DNA of 64,000 bases, taken from the sequence record SRR20825006_505, one strand, 5' to 3'. The notes below the pieces were generated by a model. That model worked only from the letters and a program-made list of their open reading frames with translations. It did not search any database and was not told the DNA's origin. Numbering within the stretch: position 1 is the stretch's first letter; every line of letters starts with the position of its first letter. Made by a program: the position numbers and the translations under genes. Of this stretch, positions 28,676 through 39,917 are shown one piece after another.

Positions 28676-29951
28676 GCTCTGGGCCGTGGCTTTGACCTGT
28701 GAGCGCCAAACGCAAAGGCATGAACAATTGCTTGCCTTTGCGGCCTGTTTCCGCTTTCAGATCATTTGTCCATTCTGACCAAGTGTTTTCGTCCCATGGC
28801 TCTTGAGGGAGGCGCTCAGCTGCGGTGGCGATAAAGTCTTTATCTTCATCAGCGACAGCTGTTTCAACAGGGCCCGACACAAGCTTTTGCCAATCACGAA
28901 TGTCTTGGACTTTCTCCAAATTCTCGTGAACCGCGTTCCACAAACGCTCTGCATCTTCGACGCCCATTTCAGCCAAACGATCTTTGACATCGTCGTAGCT
29001 AAGGCCATGCACCATGCGGGCGTTGAAGCCTGCCAATTCGGCTGGGTCAAAGCGAGCGGCGCTGCGCGACACCATGGAGATATCGAAGGTTTGGGCCAAT
29101 TCGTCTAGGCTTGCGTGCGGTGCAACAGGCTGGCTTGTGCCTGTCAAAATCGCGATTAAGGCAACAGCCAGAGATTCAAAGCCCTCTTCCCGCAAATTGG
29201 TAATGGACAATGAGCCTTTACGCTTGGAGAAGCCTTCGCCTGTGGCATCGGTCAGCAAATTGTGGTGGCCGAAAGTTGGGGCGGTTGCGCCCAAAGCTTC
29301 GAACAGTTCAATCTGTGCTCCCGTGTTGGTGACGTGATCTTCACCGCGGATCACATGGGTGACGCCCATATCGATATCGTCGACCACGGATGGCAAGGTA
29401 TAAAGATAAGAGCCGTCGGCACGGATCAAAACGGGGTCTGACATGGTGTCAGTGTTCACCACCTGATCGCCGCGCACCACATCATCAAAATGCACTTCTT
29501 TGCCTTCCAGCTTAAAACGCCAGTGGGGCTTGCGGCCTTCGGCTTCAAATGCCGCTTTTTCTTCGGCGGTCAGCTTAAGCGCCGCACGATCATAGATTGG
29601 CGGGCGACCCATTGCGCGAGCCCGCTTGCGGCGACGGTCCAGCTCGTCTGCGGTTTCATAGCAGGCGTACAGGCGACCATCTGCAATCAGCTTGTCACGC
29701 GCAGCATCATGCGCAGCTTTGCGCTCTGACTGACGCTCCAACCGATGTGGTTTGATGCCGAGCCAAGAGATATCTTTCTCGATGGCATCTGCATATTCTT
29801 TTTTCGAGCGCTCCAAATCCGTATCGTCAAAGCGCAAAATGAATTGACCACCTGTTTTCAGCGCGAACATCCAGTTCATCAAAGCTGGGCGCGCATTACC
29901 GAGGTGAATATATCCCGTTGGGGATGGTGCAAATCGCACGACTGTAGACAT
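28620..29951 (-). CDS. gltX: Glutamate--tRNA ligase
   Basis: [51 protein letters not shown]. Confidence 0.95.
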   Translation of the reverse strand: MSTVVRFAPSPTGYIHLGNARPALMNWMFALKTGGQFILRFDDTDLERSKKEYADAIEKDISWLGIKPHRLERQSERKAAHDAARDKLIADGRLYACYETADELDRRRKRARAMGRPPIYDRAALKLTAEEKAAFEAEGRKPHWRFKLEGKEVHFDDVVRGDQVVNTDTMSDPVLIRADGSYLYTLPSVVDDIDMGVTHVIRGEDHVTNTGAQIELFEALGATAPTFGHHNLLTDATGEGFSKRKGSLSITNLREEGFESLAVALIAILTGTSQPVAPHASLDELAQTFDISMVSRSAARFDPAELAGFNARMVHGLSYDDVKDRLAEMGVEDAERLWNAVHENLEKVQDIRDWQKLVSGPVETAVADEDKDFIATAAERLPQEPWDENTWSEWTNDLKAETGRKGKQLFMPLRLALTGQSHGPELKTLLPLLGRTACLDRLS

Positions 29952-29959
29952 ATTGATTC

Positions 29960-31624
29960 CTAATTTCCTTCGTCGCGAAAACCGTTTGTGATGGGGTATT
30001 TGCGGCCCAGACCGAATGCTTTTTGCGTCAATTTCGGCCCAGGCGCGGCCTGTCGACGTTTATACTCGGCGATATAGAGCAATTTTTGCACTTTGGCGAC
30101 CACTTCCGGATCGTGCCCCTCGCCCACAATTTCGTCAAAGCTCTTTTCGCCTTCAACAAAGCCTTCCAAAATTGCATCCAGCACCGGATAGGGCGGCAGG
30201 CTATCCTGATCTTTTTGATCTGGCCGCAGCTCGGCGCTTGGTGCTTTATCAATGATATTTTGCGGGATCACCCGGCCTTCCGGGCCAAGGCAATTTTTTG
30301 GCATATTGTGATTGCGCCAATCCGCCAAATGATAGACCTGCATTTTATAAAGGTCTTTGATCGGGTTGAAGCCGCCATTCATGTCGCCATAGATGGTCGC
30401 ATAGCCAACTGCCATTTCAGACTTGTTGCCGGTGGTGATGAGCATCGACCCAAGCTTGTTGGACACGCCCATCAAATAGGTGCCGCGCATGCGCGACTGC
30501 AAATTCTCTTCGGCCAAGCCGGGCTTGAGCCCTTCGAATAGTGGCGCGAGGGCGTCATTTGCGGCTTCAACTGCGTCGCCAATGGCCACGACATCATAGC
30601 GAACGCCCAACATCTCGGCGCAGTCTTTAGCGTCTTTCAAGCTGTCTTCTGAGGTGTATTTGTAGGGCAGCATAATGCAGTGCACATTTTCGGCGCCGAC
30701 CGCATCGACAGCAATGGCTGCCACAACAGCGGAATCAATACCGCCGGACAGACCCAACACCACCTTCTGGAAATGGTTCTTATGCAAATAATCACGCAAG
30801 CCCAACACGCACGCACGCCATGGCGCGCCATCGGCTGAAGCCAAAGGCTCGGCTTTATCCGTATCGCAGATCCATCCTTCATCGCCGCGGTGCCAATCGG
30901 TGATGATCAATTCTTCCTCAAAACTTTTGCCGATAAAGGCCAAAGAGCGGTCTGCATTGATGCCGAAGGATGCGCCATCAAAAACCAGCTCGTCTTGCCC
31001 ACCAATTTGGTTGAGATAAAGCAGCGGCAAGCCACTTTCGACCACGCGCTCCACCACCACATTCATGCGCAGATCGTGTTTATTGCGCCAGTAAGGCGAC
31101 CCATTGGGACAGAGCAACAGTTCAGCGCCAGTTTCAGCCAAACACTCAACAACGTCTTTGCGCCAGATGTCTTCGCAAATCGGCACACCGATGCGTACAT
31201 TTTGAATGTTGAACGGGCCAGGCAAATTGCCGGGTGTGAAATAGCGCTTTTCATAAAACACGTCATCATTGGGCAAATCATGTTTGGCACGCCAATCAAT
31301 GATGTTGCCATCTTCTGCTAACAATACCGCATTATAGAGCTGGAAATTATCAACCCAGATGGAAGGGATCAGCAAGGAAATGTCTTTGTCGCGGCCATGC
31401 GCAGCCAGATCTTTAGCCGCCGCCATTGCCTTTTTGACAAATTGAGGTTTGAACAACAAATCTTCTGGGAAATATCCCGTAGGGAACAATTCTGGGAACA
31501 TCAAAATGTTCGCACCAGCGGCCACCGCTTCATCAATGGCGGCTTTGCCTTTTTCTACGTTCTTGGAAAGAGCGCCAACCGTTGGATTGAGTTGCGCCAA
31601 TGCAATTCGCAATTTATCAGCCAC
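29960..31624 (-). CDS. nadE: Glutamine-dependent NAD+ synthetase
   Basis: Nitrilase domain (FPEL, ICEDIW) plus [32 protein letters not shown]. Confidence 0.95.
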   Translation of the reverse strand: MADKLRIALAQLNPTVGALSKNVEKGKAAIDEAVAAGANILMFPELFPTGYFPEDLLFKPQFVKKAMAAAKDLAAHGRDKDISLLIPSIWVDNFQLYNAVLLAEDGNIIDWRAKHDLPNDDVFYEKRYFTPGNLPGPFNIQNVRIGVPICEDIWRKDVVECLAETGAELLLCPNGSPYWRNKHDLRMNVVVERVVESGLPLLYLNQIGGQDELVFDGASFGINADRSLAFIGKSFEEELIITDWHRGDEGWICDTDKAEPLASADGAPWRACVLGLRDYLHKNHFQKVVLGLSGGIDSAVVAAIAVDAVGAENVHCIMLPYKYTSEDSLKDAKDCAEMLGVRYDVVAIGDAVEAANDALAPLFEGLKPGLAEENLQSRMRGTYLMGVSNKLGSMLITTGNKSEMAVGYATIYGDMNGGFNPIKDLYKMQVYHLADWRNHNMPKNCLGPEGRVIPQNIIDKAPSAELRPDQKDQDSLPPYPVLDAILEGFVEGEKSFDEIVGEGHDPEVVAKVQKLLYIAEYKRRQAAPGPKLTQKAFGLGRKYPITNGFRDEGN

Positions 31625-31700
31625 GCGGCCCGTCCATCATGAAGGTTCAAAACAGCCCATGCTTTAACGCTTTGGCCCTTTAAGAGCAAGGCCTTGCAAA

Positions 31701-31728
31701 TAAATAAGGCCGGGCAAAACCCGGCCTT
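31701..31728 (-). terminator. Rho-independent terminator of the outer-membrane protein gene
   Basis: AAGGCCGGG-N5-CCCGGCCTT, followed by ATTTATTT on the minus strand. Confidence 0.7.
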
Positions 31729-31751
31729 GAAGCATGTGTTTGGCAAAGATT

Positions 31752-32795
31752 TTAGAACGAGTAAGACAGTTCTGCCAAAATACCGTAGCGCCACATTGAG
31801 AAGGCGTCTAAATCAGTGACGTAATTTTGCAGGGCAACTGAGCCATCGGTCTCATATGTGCCGTCTGGTTCGCTGTCCACCGCATCTGTGATGGTTGCAA
31901 CTTCGTAGCGCGCTTCGCCACGGGCTTCCAAATACCATGCGCGACCGCCGACATTGAAATTCCAATTGTCAAAGCTGGTGCCCACCATCACTTGCGCGGT
32001 GCCGCCATAACCATTGCCGTTAAACTCGGTTGGGCCAGATTGAGTGACTTGATATGAGCCAAAATCAGTGGTTGGCACAATCCGCGCCGCCAAGGTGCCA
32101 TTGACCTGAGCATATGGAATGGCTGCGGCTTCAGCAGAAATGTGGAACGCGCCCAAATCAGCCTGCCCGACCACGCCCAAACGCAGAGCGTTTACGTCGA
32201 GATTATTAACGGTGCTGTCACCACCATAAATCGGCTGGCCTGTGCCAATATCCCATGACACGTCTGCAGCGCTATCGATGGTTGCGTAATTACCCCGACC
32301 CATATCTGGCGAGTCGTTCCAATATTGATAGCCAGCGATCAAACCCAAGCCGCCAGAATTGTCGCCATCTTCAAAGTGAATGGGCATATAGCCAAAATCA
32401 CCCATAAAGTAAGCGACCTTGCCATCCGTGATTGCGGCATCGGTTACGCCATCGGCACTGTTTGAAAATGTGCCATTGATCAATGCGGAATAGCCGCCAG
32501 CCAGATTGACGAAAGAGTTGGTGTAATTATCATCAACACGCAAATAAAGTTCGCCAAAATGTGTGGTGTCATTTGAGGTAAAGCTCTCGCCAAAACTCTC
32601 AACATTTTGCGCGCCCATGGAATACCAATAGCGCATGCCCGCGGTGAACTCGACGCCTTCAAATGGGGAATCTTCCCATCCCTGGTCGTTATAACCACCG
32701 CGCAAATCTGATGGAAAATCTGCTGCAAGGGCGGACTGGCCCGCAGTTAGCCCCATAAGAGCTGTGAGAATATAGCAAACTGGTGTGTGCCGCAT
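31752..32795 (-). CDS. Outer-membrane beta-barrel protein
   Basis: Signal peptide ending ALA/AD, Gly/aromatic amphipathic strands, C-terminal ELSYSF BAM-type signal. Confidence 0.75.
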   Translation of the reverse strand: MRHTPVCYILTALMGLTAGQSALAADFPSDLRGGYNDQGWEDSPFEGVEFTAGMRYWYSMGAQNVESFGESFTSNDTTHFGELYLRVDDNYTNSFVNLAGGYSALINGTFSNSADGVTDAAITDGKVAYFMGDFGYMPIHFEDGDNSGGLGLIAGYQYWNDSPDMGRGNYATIDSAADVSWDIGTGQPIYGGDSTVNNLDVNALRLGVVGQADLGAFHISAEAAAIPYAQVNGTLAARIVPTTDFGSYQVTQSGPTEFNGNGYGGTAQVMVGTSFDNWNFNVGGRAWYLEARGEARYEVATITDAVDSEPDGTYETDGSVALQNYVTDLDAFSMWRYGILAELSYSF

Positions 32796-32844
32796 GATGC
32801 ACTCCGAACTCAAAACAATTGTGCATATTTATGAGCCATTAAGG

Positions 32845-32871
32845 TTAATGCGGGGCTAAGTTTGTCTTAAC
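32845..32871. promoter_or_regulatory. Overlapping CtrA-like boxes upstream of the outer-membrane protein gene
   Basis: TTAA-N7-CTAA-N7-TTAAC: three half-sites in 11-bp register. Confidence 0.5.
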
Positions 32872-32872
32872 A

Positions 32873-32907
32873 AAAAGATAAGGGCGCCACAAAATTGTGA
32901 CGCCCTC
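32873..32907 (-). terminator. Terminator of the DAHP synthase gene
   Basis: AGGGCGCCACAA-AA-TTGTGACGCCCT hairpin, followed by TATCTTTTT on the minus strand. Confidence 0.65.
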
Positions 32908-32930
32908 ACCTGCAATTCAATTGAAATGAA

Positions 32931-34307
32931 TTAGATTGCGGCCAGTTTGCGCGGACGCTCTGAACGCTGAGTTTTCATTTCTTCTGCCACGAGGAAGGCC
33001 AACTCAATTGACTGAGAAGCGTTCAAACGCGGATCACAATGCGTGTGATAACGGCTAGACAATTCAGCCTCAGTGACTGCAGACGCGCCACCGACACATT
33101 CAGTTACGTCTTTACCTGTCATTTCAACATGCACGCCGCCAGCGTAAGTGCCCAATTGACGGTGAATCTCAAAGAAGCTCTTCACTTCAGACAAGATCCG
33201 ATCAAACGGACGGGTTTTATAGCCAGTTGATGCCTTCACCACATTGCCGTGCATTGGATCGCAAGACCACACAACTGTGCGCCCTTCTTTCTCAACAGCT
33301 TCAATAAGGCGTGGCAAATGCTCTTCCACCTTATCAGACCCAAAACGGGTGATAAGGGTTAGGCGCCCTGCTTCATCTTCCGGGTTCAATTTATCAATCA
33401 AGCGCAGCAAATCATCCGTTTGCATGGATGGGCCACACTTCATGCCGATTGGGTTTTTGATGCCTGTGAAATATTCCACATGCGCTTCATTAATGTCGCG
33501 CGTACGGTCGCCAATCCAAAGCATATGGCCCGAAGTTGCGTACCAATCATTTGTGATCGAGTCGCGACGGGTCAATGACTGCTCGTAACCCAGCAACAAT
33601 GCTTCGTGGCTGGTGTAGAATTTGGTTTCACGCAATTGCGGCGTGTTGTCGGCTGTGATGCCAAGCGCACGCATGAAGTCAATCGCGTCGTCGATTTTTT
33701 GCGCTACCCCTTCATATTTTTCATATGAATTGGTGCCTTTTACAAATTCCATCGTCCATTCGTGGTTACGCTCCAAATTGGCGTAGCCGCCGGAAGCAAA
33801 TGCACGAATGAGGTTTAATGTGGCCGCAGATTGGCGGTAAGCCATCAACATGCGCTGTGGATCAGGCACGCGAGACGTCTCGGTGAAATCGATATCGTTG
33901 ATGATATCGCCCCGGTAGCTCGGCAAGGTTACGCCATCAATGGTTTCATTGTCTGACGAGCGCGGCTTGGCGAATTGCCCTGCCACACGGCCAACTTTCA
34001 CCACTGGCTTTGAGCCACCATGGGTGAGCACAACAGCCATTTGCAAAAAGACGCGGAAAAAGTCGCGAATATGGTCGGCATGGTGCTCAGCAAAGCTTTC
34101 CGCACAGTCGCCGCCTTGCAGCAAAAAGGCTTTACCTTTTGCCACGTCCGCCAATTGATCTTTCAAACCGCGCGTTTCGCCTGCAAATACGAGCGGCGGA
34201 AAGTTTGCAAGGCGCTCTTCAACAGCAGCCAGCTCCGCCTTATCTGGATAAGCCGGAACCTGGCGGATGTCTTTCGATCTCCAACTATCAGGTGTCCAGT
34301 TATGCAT
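32931..34307 (-). CDS. Class II DAHP synthase
   Basis: [55 protein letters not shown]. Confidence 0.95.
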   Translation of the reverse strand: MHNWTPDSWRSKDIRQVPAYPDKAELAAVEERLANFPPLVFAGETRGLKDQLADVAKGKAFLLQGGDCAESFAEHHADHIRDFFRVFLQMAVVLTHGGSKPVVKVGRVAGQFAKPRSSDNETIDGVTLPSYRGDIINDIDFTETSRVPDPQRMLMAYRQSAATLNLIRAFASGGYANLERNHEWTMEFVKGTNSYEKYEGVAQKIDDAIDFMRALGITADNTPQLRETKFYTSHEALLLGYEQSLTRRDSITNDWYATSGHMLWIGDRTRDINEAHVEYFTGIKNPIGMKCGPSMQTDDLLRLIDKLNPEDEAGRLTLITRFGSDKVEEHLPRLIEAVEKEGRTVVWSCDPMHGNVVKASTGYKTRPFDRILSEVKSFFEIHRQLGTYAGGVHVEMTGKDVTECVGGASAVTEAELSSRYHTHCDPRLNASQSIELAFLVAEEMKTQRSERPRKLAAI

Positions 34308-34482
34308 AATTTACTCGCTTTCAAATATATTAGGTCACATAACCCTCTGGATTTACCAGAGATTGATAGCATAAACCAGTTATTAAGGCCGTTTTGGGTA
34401 CGGCAAATGCGAAAAATCTCAACATAGACTCTCCATTTAAAGTGGATATATAGAGTCATGTTTTAAAGATTCGGAGTTCAAG

Positions 34483-35211
34483 ATGCGCGACCTCAACCAT
34501 TCTCATAAATTTGCAGACATCCATTCGCGCCTGAGCACCGGGCCGCGGATCAGCTATTTGCGCGACTGGATTTATGGTGGCATTGATGGCGCGGTGACCA
34601 CATTTGCCATTGTCGCTGGGGTTGTGGGCGCTGAACTCTCCACTGGTGTTGTTGTGGTTTTGGGCATTGCCAATTTGCTGGCTGACGGCTTTTCGATGGC
34701 CGCCTCAAACTATTCCGGCACCAAGGCCGAATTCGATGACTACAATCGAGTTTTAGAAGTCGAAAAGCGTCATATTCGCCAGCACCCGGAAGGTGAACGC
34801 GAGGAAGTGCGCCAAATCTTTTCCAACAAAGGATATTCGGGCGAAGAGCTTGATGAAATTGTCAACCTGATCACCACCCATGAAGATATGTGGCTGGAGA
34901 CCATGATGGCTGAGGAATATGGGCTTTCCAATGTGCAGCGCTCCCCCATTCGGGCCGCGCTTGCGACATTTTTAGCTTTCCTAGTATGTGGCGCGGTGCC
35001 GCTGCTACCCTATTTCTTGGGTCTGAACTCTGGCGCGGTGGTGGCTGCCACCATGACCGGCATTGTGTTTTTGCTGATCGGCGCAGTGAAATCGCTTTGG
35101 TCCACTTGGAGTTGGTGGGTCAGCGCGTTGGAAACATTTGCCATTGGCATGTCGGCTGCAGGTTTAGCCTATTTTGTCGGCGCTGCGCTGCGCGGACTTG
35201 TTGGGGCTTAA
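34483..35211 (+). CDS. VIT1/CCC1 family Fe/Mn transporter
   Basis: YLRDWIYGGIDGAVTTFA, ANLLADGFSMAASNY, MMAEEYG. Confidence 0.9.
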   Translation: MRDLNHSHKFADIHSRLSTGPRISYLRDWIYGGIDGAVTTFAIVAGVVGAELSTGVVVVLGIANLLADGFSMAASNYSGTKAEFDDYNRVLEVEKRHIRQHPEGEREEVRQIFSNKGYSGEELDEIVNLITTHEDMWLETMMAEEYGLSNVQRSPIRAALATFLAFLVCGAVPLLPYFLGLNSGAVVAATMTGIVFLLIGAVKSLWSTWSWWVSALETFAIGMSAAGLAYFVGAALRGLVGA

Positions 35212-35220
35212 GGAGAAATC

Positions 35221-35817
35221 ATGGCAAATGTGTTGGTGGTTTCCGCCCACCCATTAAAAGACAGTCTTTGCGCCCACCTTACTGGGCAAATTAAAGATGC
35301 ACTGGCGTCACGCAATGCTGTGGTGGTCCATCGCGACCTCTATGAGCAGCAATTTGACCCGCGTTTATCGCCAAAGGAAAGAGCTAGCTTTTATAAGAAC
35401 TTTGATCAGTCGCGCCTGATTGAGGAGATTACCGAGCTGCAGGCGGCGGACATATTGGTGCTGGCTTTTCCCACTTGGTGGTTTGGTTTTCCGGCAATTT
35501 TGAAGGGTTGGTTTGACCGGGTGTGGGCACCTGGGGTGGCATTTGAACATGCCGAAGATCTCTCAGCGCTGCACCCAAAGCTGCACAATCTAAAACATGT
35601 GATCGCCGTGACGACCATGGGGTCACCCTGGTGGGTTGACCAACTTATCCTTTGGCGCCCGGTGCGCCGGATATTGAAAACGGCACTGGTTGGTGTTTGC
35701 GCGCCCCAAGCCAAGTTTGATTTTTTCGTTCAATATCAAGCGGAAAAAATAGATCAGCATAAGTTGAACTGCCTTGTGCAACGCATCCGTCGCAAATTGG
35801 CGCAAGTTGTCGACTGA
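35221..35817 (+). CDS. Flavodoxin-like NAD(P)H:quinone oxidoreductase
   Basis: AHP...S, DLY...FDP, FPTWWFGFPAILKGWFDRV. Confidence 0.9.
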   Translation: MANVLVVSAHPLKDSLCAHLTGQIKDALASRNAVVVHRDLYEQQFDPRLSPKERASFYKNFDQSRLIEEITELQAADILVLAFPTWWFGFPAILKGWFDRVWAPGVAFEHAEDLSALHPKLHNLKHVIAVTTMGSPWWVDQLILWRPVRRILKTALVGVCAPQAKFDFFVQYQAEKIDQHKLNCLVQRIRRKLAQVVD

Positions 35818-35860
35818 TCATCTATTGGCGTGAGCGTTTTTGTGGTCCGATGGCGTTTTT

Positions 35861-36223
35861 CTAGTCTTTTGGCAACTCACCTGCGGGTGGCTCCCAAAGC
35901 TCAATGGTATTGCCTGCGGGGTCTAGAAAACGGAAAAATCGGCCATATTCCTCATCGTCTTCGCCGATTTCCTCTACACCATACGCGCGTAGTTTTTGGA
36001 TGAAATCATCGATGCCTTCCACCCGTAAGTTTATCATGAACTGGTTGGTCTTCGGACCAAAATAATCTGTATCCGGCTTAAAGGGTGCTATCACAGATGG
36101 CCCAGCCTCTTGATGCAGCCAGGTGCCAAGATTGATTTCGAATATGTCTTTATAAAATTTGGCGAGTGGGTCGCCAGCATCACTGCGGAAGAATATGCCG
36201 CCAATTCCCGAAATTTTGCCCAT
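35861..36223 (-). CDS. VOC family protein
   Basis: GIGGIFFR, FMINLRV, YGRF..FLDPAGN.IELWEP. Confidence 0.88.
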   Translation of the reverse strand: MGKISGIGGIFFRSDAGDPLAKFYKDIFEINLGTWLHQEAGPSVIAPFKPDTDYFGPKTNQFMINLRVEGIDDFIQKLRAYGVEEIGEDDEEYGRFFRFLDPAGNTIELWEPPAGELPKD

Positions 36224-36277
36224 CTCTGCCTCCCTAATTTGGGGGATTAAAGCGGCACAGTCGGGTCAAAGCAAGGT

Positions 36278-36305
36278 AAAAGGCGCCGGACTGAAAGCCG
36301 GCGCC
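36278..36305 (-). terminator. Terminator of gor
   Basis: GGCGCCGG-N8-CCGGCGCC stem followed by TTTT on the minus strand. Confidence 0.7.
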
Positions 36306-36312
36306 CTTAGAA

Positions 36313-37695
36313 CTATTCGACTTTTTTGCCGTATTCCAGCACGTAGCTGGGCTGTTTCATGGTCACCAACTCTTCAGCCGCGGTCGGATGCACAGCAATT
36401 GTGCGATCAAAGTCCGCCTTGGTGGCGCCCATCGTGACGGCAATGCCAGCCATCTGGATGATTTCACCCGCAGCGTGGCCAACCACATGCACGCCGAGCA
36501 CCTTGTCTGTGTCGGCATCTGTGATCAGCTTGTACATTTCTTTTTCGGTCTTATCGCCCAAAGTGTTCATCATCGGCCGGAAGGTCGCTTTATAGACATT
36601 CACTTTATGGTAGCGGTTGCCAGCTTGCGTTTCCGTCATCCCAATGGTGCCGATTTCTGGCTCTGAAAAGACCGCGGTTGGGATCAGATCATGGTGCACG
36701 AAAGTTGGATTGTCATTGTAGAAGGTTTCGGCAAATGCCGCGCCTTCGCGAATGGCCACGGGCGTTAGAGCGGCACGATCGGTCACGTCACCCACGGCAA
36801 ACACTGTTTTACATGAAGTACGTGATTGCTCATCGACGATGATTTCTTCGCGCGCGCCGACTTCGATATCTGTATATTCTAAACCCAAGCCCTTCGTGTT
36901 TGGCGATCGACCCGTTGCGAACATGACTTCACCAAATTCACCGCTTTGATCACTGTCAAAAGTGACGTTGATGCCTTTATCTGATTTTTCGAGTGCACTC
37001 AGATCAGTATTGGTCAAAATTTCGATGCCGCGTGCCTGCATTTGCTCCGCCACCATGTCGCGAACATCTTCATCAAAGCCACGCAAAATTTGCGGACCAC
37101 GATAGGCCAAAGTGGTTTTCACGCCCAAGCCCGCAAAGATGCCAGCAAACTCAACCGCAATATAGCCACCGCCAACAATCAGAATTTTCTCAGGCAATTC
37201 ATCAAGATGGAAGGCTTCGTTTGAGGTGATACCAAGCTCCGCGCCCGGAATGTTCGGTACAAATGGTGTGCCGCCTGTCGCGATCAAAATGCGATCAGCA
37301 GTGAGTTCTTCACCGTCTTTTTGCAGCTTGACAGAGGTACCGCTGGTCAGCTCTGCTCGGTCGCGAAATACTGTTACGCCGGCATTATCCAAGATATTGC
37401 CATAAATACCCTCAAGGCGTTGAATTTCTTTATCCTTATTGTCGCGCAGGGTCTGCCAATCAAATGTTGGCTCTTCCATTGACCAGCCAAAGTTTTTCGA
37501 AACTTCGAATTGTTCCGGGAAGCGCGACGCGTAAACAAAGAGCTTTTTGGGTACGCAGCCGCGAATAACGCACGTACCGCCCAACCGATATTCTTCAACA
37601 ACAGCAACTTTTGCGCCATAGGATGAGGCCAAGCGCCCGGCCCGCACACCGCCTGAGCCCGCACCAATTACGATCAAGTCAAAATGACGTCCCAT
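36313..37695 (-). CDS. gor: Glutathione reductase
   Basis: GAGSGG, GGTCVIRGCVPKK, GGGYIAVE, HPTAAEE; SD GGAG before ATG 37695. Confidence 0.95.
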   Translation of the reverse strand: MGRHFDLIVIGAGSGGVRAGRLASSYGAKVAVVEEYRLGGTCVIRGCVPKKLFVYASRFPEQFEVSKNFGWSMEEPTFDWQTLRDNKDKEIQRLEGIYGNILDNAGVTVFRDRAELTSGTSVKLQKDGEELTADRILIATGGTPFVPNIPGAELGITSNEAFHLDELPEKILIVGGGYIAVEFAGIFAGLGVKTTLAYRGPQILRGFDEDVRDMVAEQMQARGIEILTNTDLSALEKSDKGINVTFDSDQSGEFGEVMFATGRSPNTKGLGLEYTDIEVGAREEIIVDEQSRTSCKTVFAVGDVTDRAALTPVAIREGAAFAETFYNDNPTFVHHDLIPTAVFSEPEIGTIGMTETQAGNRYHKVNVYKATFRPMMNTLGDKTEKEMYKLITDADTDKVLGVHVVGHAAGEIIQMAGIAVTMGATKADFDRTIAVHPTAAEELVTMKQPSYVLEYGKKVE

Positions 37696-37733
37696 CGAAA
37701 CAACTCCATATTTAATTGCATGTGATTGACCAC

Positions 37734-37764
37734 AAAAAAGCCCCTCGGGCAACCCAAGGGGCTT
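37734..37764 (-). terminator. Terminator after rpiA-DUF2059
   Basis: Minus strand AAGCCCCTTGGG-TTG-CCCGAGGGGCTTTTTT. Confidence 0.75.
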
Positions 37765-37787
37765 CACATAATCGTGCGGCGAATTGG

Positions 37788-38285
37788 CTAGTTCAGCTCA
37801 ATGCCCTTTTCTTTCAACGCAGCTTTTACCTTGCGCTCATATTCAATTAGGAAGTTGTTTTCCCAAACTTCAACAGCTGCTTTCAGATCTCGGTTGATGC
37901 CGACATTGTTTTCCAGCAGCTTTTTGCCTGTATCGCTTTCGTAAAATGCGAGAATCTCATTCAGTTCTTCAGGTGTAAACCGAATAGCATAGATACGAGC
38001 AAATTGAGCATATAGTGGATTGCCAGCATCGATATATTCCTGTGCAACATCACGTGCAGTTGTCGCAATTGTTTCTGACGATTCAGGGCTTTGACGCGTC
38101 AACGCCTGCGCTACCCGGCGGATCGAATTCAAAAGGGAAACTTCATAAACCTTCCCTGTATCTGTCAATTCGACATATTTCTGGGCGGTTTCCAAATGTT
38201 CCGGCGTAATTTCCTGCGCGTTGGCCGAAATTGGCGCCGCAACGGCCAAACTGCCTGCAACGAACAAAGCGATCAATTTATTCAT
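37788..38285 (-). CDS. DUF2059-domain exported protein
   Basis: Signal peptide; IYA..FT.EEL..I.AFYES.TGKKL. Confidence 0.85.
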   Translation of the reverse strand: MNKLIALFVAGSLAVAAPISANAQEITPEHLETAQKYVELTDTGKVYEVSLLNSIRRVAQALTRQSPESSETIATTARDVAQEYIDAGNPLYAQFARIYAIRFTPEELNEILAFYESDTGKKLLENNVGINRDLKAAVEVWENNFLIEYERKVKAALKEKGIELN

Positions 38286-38307
38286 TCTGCTTAATCTCCC
38301 CACTTGC

Positions 38308-38994
38308 TTAACCAAGCTCTTTTACCCCGTTTGCATCGGCCAAATAGGCTTTAGCACAAAGGTCCAAAAATAGACCATGCTGCACAACACCGGGTACATT
38401 TAACAACTCATCTGACAATGCTTTTGCATCGGAAATACGGCCAAAAGATGCATCTAAAATGAAATGGCCGCCATCAGTAACAAATGGCGCATCATTTTGC
38501 TGACGCAACACAAGGCCACCTTCAGCCTTAAAATCTTGCATAATGGCAGCAACCGCATTTTGTGTTGCGCCGAGACCGAATTTATTGACTTCGATTGGCA
38601 GTGCAAACTTGCCCAAAACTTCTACTAGCTTTGACGTATCGGCAATCACCACCATTTTATCAGATGCTGCGGCAACGATTTTTTCGCGCAGCAAGGCACC
38701 ACCGCCACCTTTAATCAATTGCATTTGATCATCAATTTCGTCTGCGCCATCCACGGTCACATCTAAACGATCAATCTCATCCAAGGTCGTCAATGGAATA
38801 TTGAGCGATTGCGCCTGGTTCATTGTCGCAATGGACGTAGGCACGCAAAGACATTCAAAGCCTTTTGCAACTTCTGCCCCCAAATAATCGACAAAATGTT
38901 TTGCTGTGGAGCCCGTACCGAGGCCGATTCGCATGCCGGATTTGACTTCAGACATGGCCGCCAGTGCGGCTTGTTTTTTCAATTCGTCAGACAA
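38308..38994 (-). CDS. rpiA: Ribose-5-phosphate isomerase A
   Basis: GLGTGST, DGADE, KGGGGALLREK, VTDGG, PGVVQHGLF. Confidence 0.95.
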   Translation of the reverse strand: MSDELKKQAALAAMSEVKSGMRIGLGTGSTAKHFVDYLGAEVAKGFECLCVPTSIATMNQAQSLNIPLTTLDEIDRLDVTVDGADEIDDQMQLIKGGGGALLREKIVAAASDKMVVIADTSKLVEVLGKFALPIEVNKFGLGATQNAVAAIMQDFKAEGGLVLRQQNDAPFVTDGGHFILDASFGRISDAKALSDELLNVPGVVQHGLFLDLCAKAYLADANGVKELG

Positions 38995-39218
38995 GATGAT
39001 CTCACAATGTTTGTAGAACCCAATAAATTCCCCTTGGACTTAACAAAGAACAGGCCATTTTCACAATAAATTTATCCACTTGCGAAAATATTTTGGACAA
39101 GAACATTTCAGTTTCATATTGTTTTAACCTAAAACTTGCTTTTTAGGAGGGGTGCCGTTGAAGCGTGGGTTGCGCTTGGCGATGCACATTAGTGAATTCT
39201 TTTGGAGATGATGGGGCC

Positions 39219-39812
39219 ATGAAATTGCTCAAACGCACAATAATGTTGTTGCTAAGCGTGGTGTTGGTTGGCGGCAGCGTTCTTGAAGCGTCTGCGAACC
39301 GCGTTTACGACTCACGAAACAACCGCTGGGTTGATGCCAGTGAACTTCAGTCTACTGGCCGTCGCGGCTCTCGCATTAAGCGCGAAATTGTTGATTATGA
39401 TACAAAGTTGGCCAAAGGCACCATCATTGTAGAGACATCTGAGCGTCGACTCTATTTCGTATTGGGCGATGGCAAAGCGATGAAATATGGTGTTGGCGTT
39501 GGTCGTGATGGCTTCCGTTGGTCGGGTACGCACCGCATTACGCGTAAAGCGGAATGGCCTGGCTGGACACCTCCACCTGCGATGCGCAAGCGTGTTCCTG
39601 GTTTGCCAGCTTACATGCCTGGCGGCCCGAACAACCCGCTCGGCGCACGTGCGCTGTACATTGGCAGCACGATCTATCGTTTGCACGGCACAGCAGAGCC
39701 TTGGACAATTGGCCAAGCCGTTTCTTCTGGCTGCATTCGTTTGACCAATGACGATATTATTGACCTTTACAACCGCAGCAAGGTTGGTGCCCGCGTGATC
39801 GTTCGTCACTAG
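39219..39812 (+). CDS. L,D-transpeptidase (YkuD/ErfK family)
   Basis: Signal peptide, EWPGWTPP, PGGPNNPLGARALY, LHGT...SSGCIRL. Confidence 0.92.
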   Translation: MKLLKRTIMLLLSVVLVGGSVLEASANRVYDSRNNRWVDASELQSTGRRGSRIKREIVDYDTKLAKGTIIVETSERRLYFVLGDGKAMKYGVGVGRDGFRWSGTHRITRKAEWPGWTPPPAMRKRVPGLPAYMPGGPNNPLGARALYIGSTIYRLHGTAEPWTIGQAVSSGCIRLTNDDIIDLYNRSKVGARVIVRH

Positions 39813-39838
39813 GCTCACATAAAGATCAAAATGAATTG

Positions 39839-39869
39839 AACCGGGTTTTGCAAAAAGCCCGGTTTTTTT
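39839..39869 (+). terminator. Rho-independent terminator
   Basis: AACCGGGTTTT-loop-AAAGCCCGGTT followed by a T-run. Confidence 0.8.
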
Positions 39870-39917
39870 CTTGCGCAATTGATTGCACCAAATCGGCGCA
39901 GCGGCTATTTTCCCCAC

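Noticed and set aside
34163-34459. uORF starting MTLYIHFKWRVYVEIF (aromatic-rich) upstream of the DAHP synthase gene
   Set aside because: It runs 98 codons into the gene in another frame, has no tandem control codons or attenuator layout, and Phe/Tyr codons are expected in AT-rich DNA.
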